The notes below the pieces were generated by a model, which saw only the letters and a program-made list of their open reading frames with translations, had not been told where the DNA came from and did not search any database. A program made the position numbers and the translations under genes. This document shows positions 12,303-25,175 of a DNA stretch of 39,587 nucleotides, piece after piece; the stretch's first letter is position 1; every line of letters begins with the position of its first letter. Source of the DNA: Octopus sinensis (lineage: Eukaryota); the NCBI RefSeq assembly GCF_006345805.1, contig NW_021835453.1, positions 1-39,587 on the forward strand. Reading direction: 5' to 3'.

Positions 12303-12434
12303 AGCAAATATTCTGCTCAATACCACAGATTTGCTTGTCAGTTGTTTAACCTTCACCAGTTGAGCATGTCCCTTAGTGGCTGACGATATGTGCATCTCTG
12401 ACCACGAGCAGAAGTAGTGGGGGAGCATCATAGC
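12303..12434 (+). mobile_element. Internal fragment of the ~550-bp element
   Basis: Repeats 11822-11952. Confidence 0.85.
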
Positions 12435-12522
12435 TCAACGTAAGAGGTATTCTCAACGTGTATACATATATATATATGCATGTATATGAATACGTACATA
12501 TGTATGTGTGTGTGCGTGTGTG

Positions 12523-12579
<57 letters not shown>

Positions 12580-13073
12580 TGTGTGTAAAGCATCAAAACC
12601 ATTAGTAAGTTTAGTATAACAATATGCGAGTGAGTGTATATGTATATGCTGGCATGTATGTGTGTATACATACAAGTACACAAATATCTTCTTTCTGTCA
12701 ATACTTCATATGTAAGATTTCTTCCCTGAAGATGGAGGATCGTCTCATCCGACGATGGAATCAATCTACAGACAATATTTTGGACCACCGAGCCTCCAGA
12801 AACAGCTGTTGGATTTGTAATACTTTTCTTCAACCCCTTGAATTCTTGATATCATAGAATATCATTTCTATTCGGTATAAGTCGGACCATTTTGTTTGTA
12901 AACATATACACATTTTCCGTATTGCATGTATTTCATATCCTTTGTATATTGACCTGCCTAACTTGCTTATCATTACATTTACTTCTATATCTATATACGT
13001 ATATATGAGTATATAGAGGATGTGTGTACGTGTGAGATAGTTGTACAATTTTGTGTGTATATGTATATATGTG

Positions 13074-13456
13074 TGGAAGCACTCCGTCGGTTACGACGAC
13101 GAGGGTTCCGGTTGATCCGATCAACAGAACAGCCTGCTCGTGAAATTAACGTGTAAGTGGCTGAGCACTCCACATACACGTGTACCCTTAACGTAGTTCT
13201 CGGGGATATTCAGCGTGACACAGAGAGTGACAAGGCCGGCCCCTTGAAATACAGGCACAACAGAAAGAGGAAGTAAGAGTGAGAGAAAGTTGTGGTGAAA
13301 GAGTACAGCAGGGATCACCACCATCCCTGCCGGAGCCTCGTGGAGCTTTAGGTATTTTCGCTCAATAAACACTCACAACGCCCGGTCTGGGAATCGAAAC
13401 CGCGATCCTACGACCGCGAGTCCGCTGCCCTAACCACTGGGCCATTGCGCCTCCAC
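13074..13456 (-). mobile_element. SINE family A, full length
   Basis: Aligns end to end with 4975-5365. Confidence 0.9.
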
Positions 13457-13489
13457 ATGTATACATACACACAAATGTACATACATGTA

Positions 13490-14367
13490 CGAGGCGGTAC
13501 CCCAAAGTGACCGGAAACGTTCTCTGTGGTACAGGCCCGTTGTAGTTCAGGCTTCCGCCGCTGAAAGCAACTTGATGCGACCCTCAGGCATCAGTCTGCC
13601 GACCGTCATCGTCGAGTGACGTCGTACTGCCACGTGGTGCGTCCTTGTTTTACAGTGCTTCTCTGCTGATCGTCGATTTTTGCGATGACTGAAACGAACG
13701 AACACCGAGTTTTCAGGAAAATATTTTCTGCTGAGGAAAACGGCGGCCGAAATAATTGTCATGCTTCAAATAGCTTACCAGGATGCTGCCATGAGTAAAA
13801 TACAAGTTTACAAGCAGTTCCCACGCTTTAGGAATGGTCACTTGTCGCTTGAAGACCAACCTCGTTCAGGGCGACCATCGACCTCCCGAACAAATGAAGA
13901 TTCCTGAACTGGTCTTAGCTGACCGTCACTGAACAATTGAAGAACTTGTTGATATGACTGGTGTGTCCTAGAGCCCCTGCCAACGAACTTCGAGCGAGGA
14001 ATTACAAATAAAAAGAGTTACAGCAAAATCTGCGTCTCGTTTGCTCACGGAAGTGTGAAACAGATTCTGAAGAAAAAAAATGGCATAACCCCACTTACCC
14101 ACCCGATCTTACTCCCCCGAATGAAAAAAAAGTCCTTAAGGGAAAGCATTTTGCAGATGCGGAAGTGATGAAGAAAAAAATGACGGAGGCGTTAAAATGC
14201 ATCACTTCGCAAGAGTTCCAGGACTGCTTCGAACAGTGGAAAACGCGTCTGGACCGATGCATTGCTTCAAATGGAGAATACTTTGAAGGTGATAAAAGGG
14301 TAAATATGTAAAACTAAGTGAGTAAGATAACAATGCAAAATTCCGGTCTCTTTAGGTTACCCCCTCG
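13490..14367 (+). mobile_element. Internally deleted, frameshifted mariner (Tc1/mariner) DNA transposon
   Basis: TA at both ends (13488-89, 14368-69). Imperfect TIRs CGAGGCGGTACCCCAAAGTGACCGGAA versus the reverse complement of the right end CGAGGGGGTAACCTAAAGAGACCGGAA. Remnant transposase: LLRKTAAEIIVMLQIAYQDAAMSKIQVYK..FRNGHLSLEDQPRSGRPSTSRT (HTH region), HPPYPPDLTP (YSPDLAP-like) and C-terminal FEQWKTRLDRCIASNGEYFEGDK. The central DDD region is missing. Confidence 0.92.
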
Positions 14368-14466
14368 TACATATATGCACGAGGGTGTAGGTGAGTGCGG
14401 CCGAGTGTATGTTTTTGGGTGTATATATTTGTATTCTTATATTCCAAGTAACATTGCTCTACTTAC

Positions 14467-14514
14467 CTCGCTTTCCTTTCCGCCGTCTTTTACCTCGATG
14501 TCTTTTCATTTTAC
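14467..14514 (-). CDS. SMOC: SMOC-like gene microexon (48 nt, phase 1-1), polybasic linker GKMKRHRGKRRRKGKR
   Basis: Strong acceptor tgtcttttgtag| and consensus donor GAG|GTAAGT. It is open in the frame that joins the 11482 exon (G|GA). Confidence 0.8.
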
Positions 14515-14746
14515 CTACAAAAGACAACATATGTGCAATTAGACAAAGCATGCGGGTAATGTGTTAAAGTGTGAGGTCGTTTACCTCGATACGATGGTTA
14601 AGGGCAATGACTGACTGCTCCTCCCTGGGCACAACAAAAGGGGCTCCATCATACTTCATTATTCCATACCACTGTCTTCTCCACTCTACCACACTATATA
14701 GCACTTTCCTTTTGTACGCTTTATAGTCTACACCATTCTATGTGAT

Positions 14747-14820
14747 AGAAAGGTGCAGGTGGGGTTTGAAGGAATCGCTCATGTTCACAAGCTATATTGC
14801 AATAACCAAGCAACGCCCTA
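14747..14820 (+). repeat. 74-bp segment duplicated at 19391-19464, each copy followed by (CCA)n
   Basis: 73/74 identical by direct comparison. Confidence 0.9.
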
Positions 14821-14881
14821 CCACCACCACCACCACCCCACCACCCCACCACCACCACCACCACACCACCACCACACCACC

Positions 14882-14913
<32 letters not shown>

Positions 14914-14943
14914 ACAACACAACAACAACAACACAACAACAAC

Positions 14944-14976
<33 letters not shown>

Positions 14977-15199
14977 CACTAAACTATAATACACCTTACC
15001 ACAGAATGCGACACCACGTTACTGGAATGCACTGTAATATTGGAGTTTCAGTAAGAGTTACCACACTCCCCCACTTTCACTATAAATACATACATGTTTG
15101 TGTGTGCGTAAGGATACACGTCACAGAGTGTAAAAAAATCCAAATACAGTATTTGTTTCAATACATGGTTTCACATCAGGAATCTGCAACACAAATTCA

Positions 15200-15241
<42 letters not shown>

Positions 15242-15437
15242 ATATACACATACATATATACATATATATACATATATACATACAATATACATATATATAT
15301 ATATATATCATATATACATATATACATATATATACATATATATATGTATACATATATATATACATATATACATATATATATACATATATATACATACATA
15401 TATACATATATGTACATACATATACACATATATATAC

Positions 15438-15477
<40 letters not shown>

Positions 15478-15496
15478 ACATATATATACATACACA

Positions 15497-15532
<36 letters not shown>

Positions 15533-15545
15533 TATTTATATATTA
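15200..15545. repeat. (TA)/(CATA) microsatellite tract
   Basis: Visible. Confidence 0.95.
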
Positions 15546-16453
15546 CACATACACACACACTCATAAATACTTTAACACTTATAAATATATACATACAATA
15601 TATATTTAAACATATATATATGACGTATAAACCCATGACAATAGAAAAATACAAATGTGTATGCATGTGTGTGTGTAAGTGAACGTAGAACAAATACCAC
15701 TACAACAGCACATATTTGACTCAAAATATTACAAAAGTTCTAAAGTTAGACGAAAAATTGATAAAAATAACGAAATAGTCGTCCAGCTGCAATTAGGTCA
15801 CGTTATAATGTAGGTCAATTGTGAAATGCAGGTCATGTCACCATAAAGCAAAGCGTAACGTCTAGATATTGTCGAAATATAGGTCGCAGCAACATTGTTG
15901 TCACGTTGTATTACATATAGGTCAACTGTAATATTTAAGTAGAGTCACACACACAGCCGGTCTATTTAACACAAAGGTCGTGTCACAGTTTAGGTTGTGT
16001 CCCAATGTAGATTAATCTGACGTTTCGTCAGATTTCGAATGATGGTTTGGCGTTACATTTGGATCGTGACACACTTTGGTCAGAGTAACAGCTAAGTCAC
16101 ATCACAGGTTATCTCAGTATATTATCTAGGCCAGCATATCAGTAAGTGTCTCTCAAATTATAGGCGGGGATAACATTCATCAGGTGTCACCTTAAGAGAT
16201 TTGTGTAGCATTTAGGTCATGTCAGAGCATGTCAGCTTAACATGTATGTCGTGGCAGTAGGATATTTTTAATGAGATATGTCTAATGAGTGTCACGGTAT
16301 AAGTTAGCGTAGTATTTCAGAGGGTATACTAATGATTTAAAACATTCCTTTTTATAAAATATAAGTACGTACGTATGTATGCATGTATGTATGTATGCAT
16401 GTATGTAGCGTTGTGTATATGTATATATGTATGTATGTATACCCATTTGTCTG

Positions 16454-16504
<51 letters not shown>

Positions 16505-17004
16505 CAGTAACTGTTTGCCTACATGTCTTGTAATCTCCTCCGACTCCTCCTCCCTAAGCCACTGTCTGGGTTCCACTAAGTTACCTCTTACTACACAGAT
16601 TTCAGCAAGAACACCCATCATTCCGTAGAAAGAAGGAGAACAGGAAATTTACTCAGCAGAGTAGGAAATTCACTCATTTGGAAAGCCAGAATTTCATTTT
16701 CCAGACAAGCCGGAAGTAAGAAACATTTATTGGAAGAGTTTATTCACGACACATAGGGGGAAGATACGTATTTATATATTTTTTTTATTTGTGTATATGG
16801 CGAGAGAAAGAGAGTATGTTTGGATGTGTGTGTGTATGTGTGTGTGCATGCGTGCGTATTTATGTGCATGCAAGTATATGTTTTCTTAATTTATGGTAGT
16901 TTTGTTGTTTATATTATTCCATTCATAAATCCTGCTTGACTGTTCTTCATTGAGATTCTAATTGCAGTAAGAGTTACACCTCTTTAAGTGTTGATATAAT
17001 AATG

Positions 17005-17077
<73 letters not shown>

Positions 17078-17087
17078 CGATGATGAT

Positions 17088-17365
17088 AAATGCCCTGATT
17101 CAGTACCAGGCAATGGCTTTCATAGCTTCTCATCTTAACTGATTGAAAGTGTTACTATCTACATTGTTTTGTCTTGGTATAAAAGATGGCCTACAGCAAA
17201 TATTCTGCTCAATACCACAGATTTGCTTGTCAGTTGTTTGACGTTAACCAGTTGAGCATGTCCTCTAGTAGCTGATATGTGCATTTCTGATCACGAACAG
17301 AATTAGTGGGGGGGGGGTATCAGAGCCATGTGTTGAGAGGAATTCTTTGGGGTTTGAATAATTCA
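17088..17365 (+). mobile_element. Left half of the ~550-bp element
   Basis: Same left end (aaatgccctga..cagtaccaggca) after (AAT)n. Confidence 0.85.
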
Positions 17366-17479
17366 TTGCTATATCGTGTGGATTCAGTCCATCCCGTTTG
17401 GATAAAACTGGTGTAATGGAAACTGAGCTGAAGACGCTCGTCGCGTGAATCGTGCTTCGAATTCAAAAGGTATAGTATT

Positions 17480-17580
17480 CTTGCTACACACCGTGTCACG
17501 CTGATTCTACTTGAGAATTTCTGTTATGGTACACGTGTCTGCGAAATACTCAACCATCTACACATCAATTCAGGAGCAAA
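17480..17580 (+). mobile_element. Decayed fragment of the family A 3' module
   Basis: gtgtcacgctga...ggtacacgtgtctg...ctcaaccatctacac. Confidence 0.55.
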
Positions 17581-17589
17581 TACTTAAGT

Positions 17590-18218
17590 AAAGGCACAAC
17601 TTATCTTTATAAACAAACAACTCAAAAGCAACGAAAAATCCTGTGAAAATGACACTACTGGAAACTGAGAAAAATGTGCAACTCTCTCATAAAAAAGAGT
17701 GAGAGCAGGCCAAGAAGACTGCGTTATAGAAAATATAAAAATATAAAAACCTCCTTTAAATTTGTCAAAGGAACAGCCTTCTTGCATTACAGAGTAGGGC
17801 CATTCATCTAAAAGGATGGCTCACTCACGGTAAACACATGAAGACTAAGTGGAACACTGAATGAACAATTCAAAAGTGTTTTCACTCCACCCCACCGTCT
17901 AGAGTGCATGCAAACCAGCAGAGTTCTTTGCAACTATGGCCGGAAAAAGGCAGGCAGTTACGGTCGATATAAAAGATGTAATACTGGCCATAGACGAGAC
18001 AAACTTGAACTCAACTACTGGCCCTGATAGATTCCCAGCAATCCTAAAACCATGCAAACGAGTCCTAGCAAAATAACTGCAGTTTCTTTTCCAGAGTTTT
18101 CTTGCAAGTGGCAATCTTCCAGTCGAGTTGAAGAAAGGAATAATATGCCCTATCCATAAAAGAGGTAGCAGAGCGGATGCCAAAAACTACAGGCCTGTCT
18201 CTAACTTCACATAGCAAA
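17590..18218 (+). mobile_element. Degenerate CR1/L2/Jockey-group LINE fragment (start of RT domain)
   Basis: DVILAIDETNLNSTTGPDRFPAILKPC..LA..LQFLFQSFLASGNLP..LKKGIICPIHKRGSRADAKNYRPVS. Confidence 0.88.
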
Positions 18219-19390
18219 GTTATATCTCAGCGTGTATATGTATACATATCTACATACATAGATTCACTCATATATACATACATGTATACGAACACTCAAA
18301 CTATATACATATATTCAGTAACAAAACAAAGAATATGTAAAACACACACATCCGTATTTTGCTGTTTTCTCTGACGCACCTCTGACGCTCCAGCATTGAC
18401 GTAATGTAAAATGGCGACATTAGGATGGGTGCTTACTGCGTCTTGTAGTGAATATGCAATGTTCATGACTTTCAAATAACATTTCTGATGTTTCTAACCT
18501 CACTTTACTTTGGCTGGATGAACTATTCCAGCTACTTCGATTAGAAAAATCTAGAAAAGCTGCAATTTATTTGAGAACAGGTGGAAATGTCAGGGTATTT
18601 TGCCTTCAAATCAGAAGGGATCAGTTATAAATGATGATAGTTCAGGTGTTTATGAGCTTTGGTCGTCTATACGTAGTTGCTCCTGATGTATTTTAAGTGC
18701 GGAGATACCATTAACGAGGAAATAAAGCGTGAAAAGAAAACAACCTTGGATGAAACACAGTCGGACCTGGCAATAAAAGAAGCTGTTGTTTCCATGTATT
18801 AAAAATAAAGACATGTTTGTCGGAGATAACAAAGTCAGACAATATGTCCTAACCTAATAAATTCGCCATATTGACGAGAAAGCCTATGCGACGAAAGCAG
18901 CGTGTTTCAGAAGCCAATGCGCATGTGCAGCATTGGTAATAATTTATCAATGGAAGCTATAGTGGAGTGTATTTTTAAAAAATGGAGTCAGATCGCTATT
19001 TATCCTAAGACTGCTGTATCCGGTTTATTTCCGCATCTGGTCAGTTTGAAAAATGAGTGTGGCGTGACACGGTTAATTGCCAGCGGAGTAATAATAAAAA
19101 AAATAATAAACTTACACGTTCTTGGAACACGTTGTAACATAATGCAAGTTACCCCTGACAGAATATAAAATGGTGGTAAAGATATAACAAAGTCATGGAA
19201 ACAGCCATGCAATATCATCAAAGTGATGCGAATCAACATGAAGCTGCAGCAGGTTGAGTTCCACGTTAAAGGACCCCACCCCGCCCTAAGGTGGAGGTGG
19301 TAATGGTGATGGTGGTGGGGTGGGGGTAGTGCAGGAGGGTAAGTAGAGAAAAGCAAAGACCCAGATTTCTGAATGGAGCTAATGACTGGA

Positions 19391-19464
19391 AGAAAGGTGC
19401 AGGTGGGGTTTGAAGGAATCGCTCATGTTCACAAGCCATATTGCAATAACCAAGCAACGCCCTA
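19391..19464 (+). repeat. Second copy of the 74-bp segment
   Basis: See 14747-14820. Confidence 0.9.
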
Positions 19465-20450
19465 CCACCACCACCACCAGCACCACCACCGCCGCTACCA
19501 CCACTACAACCACAACCATCACCACCACTACCACCACCACTACCACCACCATTACCACCACCACTACCACCACCACCACTACAACCACAACCATCACCAC
19601 CACCACCACTACCAGCACCACCACTACCACCACCACTACAACCACAACCATCACCACCACCACCACCACTACAACTACAACCATCACCGCCACCACCACC
19701 ACCACCACCACTACCGCCACTATCATCACCATCACCACCACCACTACAACCACAACCATCACCACCATCACCACCACCACCACCACCACCATTACCACCA
19801 TCACTACAACCACCACCACTACCACCACCACCACCACTATCACCACCACCACTACAACCACAACCATCACCACCACCACTTCCACCACTAACAACAACAA
19901 CTATGACGACGACGACAACACCTTTATGATAAAGTCTGACTTGACAAAAAGAGTTCTGATTGATGAGTTGACGGTGCCTTGAGAATGCACTACTTTCCTT
20001 GCCATCCGTCTAACTACCACCACCACCATCACCACTACCATCACACCCACAACCATTATGCTTCAATAAGAACCACCATCATAACACCCCACCATCACTC
20101 TCACCATAATCTCCTCCATCACAAACCTGTATCAACAATACAACCACCACCACATCAACAAATACCACAGCCATGCTCTGCTTATGACCACCACCACTGC
20201 CATAACCAAGTACCATCAACCACCCCAGCACCACCACCACCACCACCACCACTCCTGTCACTAATATCACCATCACCTTTGATACTCCACCCCGCCATTA
20301 TCGTCCCCACCACCACTAACAATGCTACTGTTACCCGTATCGGTAGTACTAGCACCCCCATCTGCACCACCATCACCTCTGCTCTCACCACCCCGCTTAC
20401 TACTATGTCCCACCACGACCACTACAACTACTACCGCAACACCTAAACAT
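19465..20450. repeat. (CCA)/(CTA)/(CAA) trinucleotide tract and decayed continuation
   Basis: Visible. It is the source of the poly-His and poly-Thr ORFs. Confidence 0.92.
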
Positions 20451-20697
20451 ACAATGTCATGTACCACCAGTAACTAATCACAACAATGTCAGATATATTT
20501 ACATCTCATTGTGTACACCTGCATATATAAATACACACCTGTACATAGATATATGTATATGCGTTTATATATATATATATATGCATACACACACATGTAT
20601 GTGTATATATATATATATGTAATAAAAATTTGAGGGAATATTATTCTAACTTACAGGGAAAAATTCAATTTAGAAATACTAAATCAAATTTCACAAA

Positions 20698-20742
<45 letters not shown>

Positions 20743-20827
20743 AAAATTAGAAAAAAAAACCACCTTTTATCAATTCAAAATGAACAATTAAATTACACCA
20801 TCTAGAAAATTACATATAAAAGAAATA

Positions 20828-21225
20828 TCTTTATATATAAAAGAGAGGTTGTGTGCTGTCTGTCTCCTACGATTTAGATTCCTAACTACTCCCACATTTT
20901 GCGGTGCAGTTTAACCAAAACCGGGTATGTTATAGTCGTGATTCATATCGAGCCCTTCTGGGTATTAGCGCGCGTCTACGATGAGTCTACGATTTAAAAA
21001 AAAAATTTACCACCAATTTTTCCCATTTTTAATGCATTTTTGGCATATATAAGGGAAGTAACTCTCTAAAAATTTATTATTAAATCTCAGAACGTAAAAA
21101 GCTACAGTAACACACTCCCCTTTGTGATTAGCCATATTGAGATGGCTATTATACTTTACATCTCTAAAAATGCTTATATAGTTATTTCCCTTACAAACCC
21201 GAGCAACGCCGGGCGATACTGCTAG
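20828..21225 (+). mobile_element. Non-autonomous Helitron
   Basis: 5' TC(TTTATATATAAAAG) follows an A. The 3' hairpin CCCG-AGCAACGC-CGGG (21198-21213) is followed by CTAG (21222-25) and a T. There is no TSD. Confidence 0.82.
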
Positions 21226-21933
21226 TTAAATATAAAATAACAATAATATACCGATGATTAAGTAATGTGCAAAATAATAAATAAAACGTATATATTTGGT
21301 ATGCACATACATACATACATATATATATGCACATACACACGAACATAAACATACACAAAGATACATTCATGCGTATACACACACCGAATTACACGTGCAC
21401 ACACGTTTACGTAAGCACAACACCTACCTACCAACATCCACACGCATGCGCACACATACACCTACATGTGTACACACGTATGCACTGCTGAAAATTCCAG
21501 CCATCTGCCAAGGGTTATAAACGGTGTACAAGAGACTCCAGCAACAATTTTCTACAACAATTAGAGGAAGTAAACGTAGCAAAGACGGTAGAACAACATA
21601 ATTGGAGCCTCTGGCGACAAGACTAAGAACCATGCAAACAAATAAAACAAGATCCAGCGCTACAACTATACTCCAGCATGGCCTGAAAGGATGGCTGAAG
21701 AACGATACATATATGTATGATTATATAAATGCCTAATTTCGTTTTTGTATTTGGTTTGCAAGATTATTTACGTGAATTCGTTTGTTGAAGCATATTCTGT
21801 TGTGTCTGGGGAGAGTCATTCTGTCTTGGTGCCTTATACTAGTGGAATACTGGGGGTCGATGCAATCGACTCATCCCCACCACCAAAATTGCTGCCCTTG
21901 TGGAAAAACTTGAAGCCATTATTATCATTATTA

Positions 21934-21975
<42 letters not shown>

Positions 21976-22283
21976 TATGTTTGACTTTTGCTTTATATTT
22001 GTACAAGTTGGCTCCAAGTCTCACCCAGAGACCTCAAGAGACAGCAGGTTGGAAGTTCGTGATGTTATGCCTAGTTTGCCATATATTTGGTTTTGTATTT
22101 AGTGTTGTACAAGTAAATGTCAAAAAAAAATTATGTTTGTTTTAAAACTTGAGATTACATAGAAAATATTTTGCGTAGTATATGAGCAGTTCCCATGAGC
22201 AGTATCTTTTGAATTTCTGCCATTTTGGGGTTTCCTAGTATCTGAGTTAGGTAGCGATTATTATTATTATTATTATTATTATT

Positions 22284-22448
22284 GAGTGAGAGAGCAGTTC
22301 ATGCCACCAAAGTGACACTGGGGTAAAATATACGAAGCCCAATATACCCATCATGACTACCCGTCTGATAAGGGTACACCAGGCACATGCATCACAACCA
22401 TATGTGCGCGACATGGTGATCTCATATCAAGATAAACAGCACATGACC

Positions 22449-22450
<2 letters not shown>
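22284..22450 (-). mobile_element. Right-end-only copy of the ~550-bp element inside (ATT)n
   Basis: Reverse complement of the last ~165 bp of 26123-26671, with (ATT)n on both sides. Confidence 0.88.
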
Positions 22451-22485
<35 letters not shown>

Positions 22486-22974
22486 CATCATTATTATTAA
22501 CTGCTATTATAATACCATTAATAAAAATGGCACTAGATTCACACATTGTCCTTCTATCTCAAACTCTGTACTGAAGACCAGGAACCACAGCTATCAGCCA
22601 TACCTGATATTACCGTGAATCACAACTTTATCAACACCACTAATACCATCTCGTCACCATAAAGAATGCCACATTGTCGTTACCACAGCCATTAACAACA
22701 GCAATGACTAAGGAGCCTCTATGCTTTTATTCGACCCGTTATAAGTAACAGCCAAATATCCTTCAAATTACACCCAATTATTTTTCAAAGCAAACATTAG
22801 ATAATGTAATATTACATTCTCTTGAAACGACAGGGTAGCCCTGGTAGGTAGGTTTTTGGTCATATGTTGGCAAAGACAAGGCTAGTCGAGGGTTAAATAA
22901 CAACGGCCAACATTTCAGTTATATTTTATGTTATTACTTTCCTGCTTTCGTAAGAGTTGTTAGCGAGCCGGAGT

Positions 22975-23364
22975 GTGGAGGCGCAATGGCCCAATGGTTA
23001 GGGCAGCGGACTCGCGGTCATAGAAACGCGGTTTCGATTCCCTGACCGGGCGTTGAGAGTGTTTATTGAGCGAAAACACCTAAAAGCTCCACGAGGCTCC
23101 GGCAGGGGATGGTGGTGATCCCTGCTGTACTCTTTCACCACAACTTTCTCTCACTCTTACTTCCTGTTTCTGTTGTACCTGTATTTCAAGGGGCCGGCCT
23201 TGTCACTCTCTGTGTCACGCTGAATATCCCCGAGAAATACGTTAAGGGTACACGTGTCTGTGGAGTGCTCAGCCACTTACACGTTAATTTCACAAGCAGG
23301 CTGTTCCGTTGATTCGGATCAACCGGAACCCTCATCGTCGTAACCGACGGAGTGCTTCCATCCA
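22975..23364 (+). mobile_element. SINE family A, full length, (TCCA)2 tail
   Basis: 14-bp TSD tagcgagYcggaRt (22961-74 and 23365-78, 2 mismatches). Confidence 0.92.
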
Positions 23365-23399
23365 TAGCGAGTCGGAATAAGATGCTTAATGATAATTAG

Positions 23400-23570
23400 T
23401 TCTCAGTCTACATTCTGAGTTCAAATTCCGCTGCTGTCGACTTTGTCATTTATTTTCCTTTTTTGGGGATCGGTAAATTAAACAACTAATCAAGTATCGG
23501 ATCGATGGCATCGACTAATCATCTCCTCTCAAAAATGTTCACTTTGCATCTAAATCAGACACCGCTATTT
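23400..23570 (+). mobile_element. Decayed family-B-related SINE
   Basis: ctgagttcaaattccgctgctgtcgactttgtc...ggtaaattaaac...gatcgatggcatcgact. Confidence 0.6.
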
Positions 23571-23800
23571 TATTGGTTTCGATCCCCGGGCTGTGGTGAT
23601 GCTGGGGCGCTGCTTTCTGAGGTGTTGTCCATTATGTGGACCTGAATATATATCTTGTCGACCTCGGAACAATTTTTTCTTTTTTTATGGATTCGAAAGG
23701 GATTTAAACTTGTGCTCCGATATGCCGAAAGATATTTTTGTTCCGTGTGCCATCAGTTCGGCTAGCTTCCACTACAAACCTCTCCACACCATTACTGTCA

Positions 23801-23834
<34 letters not shown>

Positions 23835-24016
23835 GTACGCGCATACATATAATCACCATCATCACCGTCAACATCACTACTACACAATACCGCTGCCGAC
23901 ATATTACATCAACCACCAAACCACCACCACCACCACTACCTTCACCCATCCACCCCACCTCATTACCTTCATCATCACCCACCACTACCTCTATATCACA
24001 CCCCTTATCAATGCTT

Positions 24017-24250
24017 TATATTTCTTTATTGCCCACAAAGGACTAAACATAGAGGGGACAAACAAGGACAGACAAAGGGGTTAAGTCGATTACATCGACC
24101 CTAGTGCGTAACTGGTATTTAATTTATCGACCCTGAAAGGATGAAAGGCAAAGTCGACCTCGGCGGAATTTGAACTCAGAACGTAACGGCAGACGAAATA
24201 CTGCTAAGCATTTTGCCCGGCGTGCTAACCATTCTGCCAGCTCGCCGCCC
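24017..24250 (-). mobile_element. SINE family B, full length
   Basis: 11-bp TSD TATCAATGCTT (24006-16, 24251-61). Confidence 0.92.
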
Positions 24251-24898
24251 TATCAATGCTTCAGCCACTTGCACCACTCCAAGATATAAATTCACCACCA
24301 CCACCACCACCACCACCACCACCACCACCGTCACAACTACAAATCGTAGCATCACTGGTAAAACTACAGCTTCAAGCATCATTTACCATCGTGGCCATCA
24401 CTTCAGCCACCATAACCTCCACCGCCACCCCCACCTTATCCCTTTCAAAAAGCTCAACCACCACCAATCCAAAAATCACCACTACCACTACCTGTTCAAC
24501 CGCCACCATCACCACCACCTCGCCACCATCACCAATTTAACAAACACCACAACCAACAAGGCCACTACCTCCAGCGCCACGACCGACACCACTTCTACTT
24601 TAGCCACCACCACCACCACCGCCCCTTCTCCTTCACCATCATAATCAGCATCATCACACCCCCCACTGCCACTACCACCACAACCATCGCAATCAACACC
24701 ACCACCGCCATCATCAACACCACAATCTCTACCAGCACCACCGCCACCACCAACCACAGCCCTTACCCAGCACCACTTCAACCACCACACCTAAACAGAC
24801 TGCTTACGTCACGAGAGCGAACCGGAAGGAGTTGGTCACCCGCAAATAATGGACGTCGGTATTTCTTCGATGTTGGAACTGAGTCAATGGAAATTTGG

Positions 24899-24996
24899 TA
24901 GATTTTTAACACAGACAGGCGTGTAGAGATGGCTCCTTGCTGGCATCACTTAAGGAATGTACAAATGTATCTGTGTGTGTGTGTGTATGCGTGTAC

Positions 24997-25034
<38 letters not shown>

Positions 25035-25175
25035 ATGTATATGCGTGTACATCTGTGTGTGTGTGTGTGTGTGCGATTGTGCCTTCAACATGCGTGTGTA
25101 TATGTGATTTTAACACAGACAGACTTGTAGAGAGGGCTCCTCGTTGGCATCAGTTGAGGAATGTACATATGTATG
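24899..25175. repeat. Old tandem duplication (~65 bp unique plus (GT)n, ~205-bp period)
   Basis: gatttttaacacagacaggcgtgtagagatggctccttgctggcatca versus gattttaacacagacagacttgtagagagggctcctcgttggcatca. Confidence 0.75.

Noticed and set aside
12680-12840. Unique stretch open on the minus strand (LKKSITNPTAVSGG...)
   Set aside because: No credible donor and no thyroglobulin-domain QC/CWCV motif.
14747-14820. GYCNMACEHERF read on the minus strand as a Kazal-like or mutually exclusive exon pair
   Set aside because: It is preceded by a purine-rich (GGT)n tract rather than a polypyrimidine tract, has no donor, and the Cys spacing does not fit a Kazal domain.
19373-20467. Long poly-His, poly-Thr and poly-Val ORFs
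   Set aside because: They are translations of (CCA/CTA/CAA)n tracts, open in several frames on both strands, with no supporting splice context.
21480-21700. Possible LINE 3' remnant
   Set aside because: No motif was clear enough to assign.
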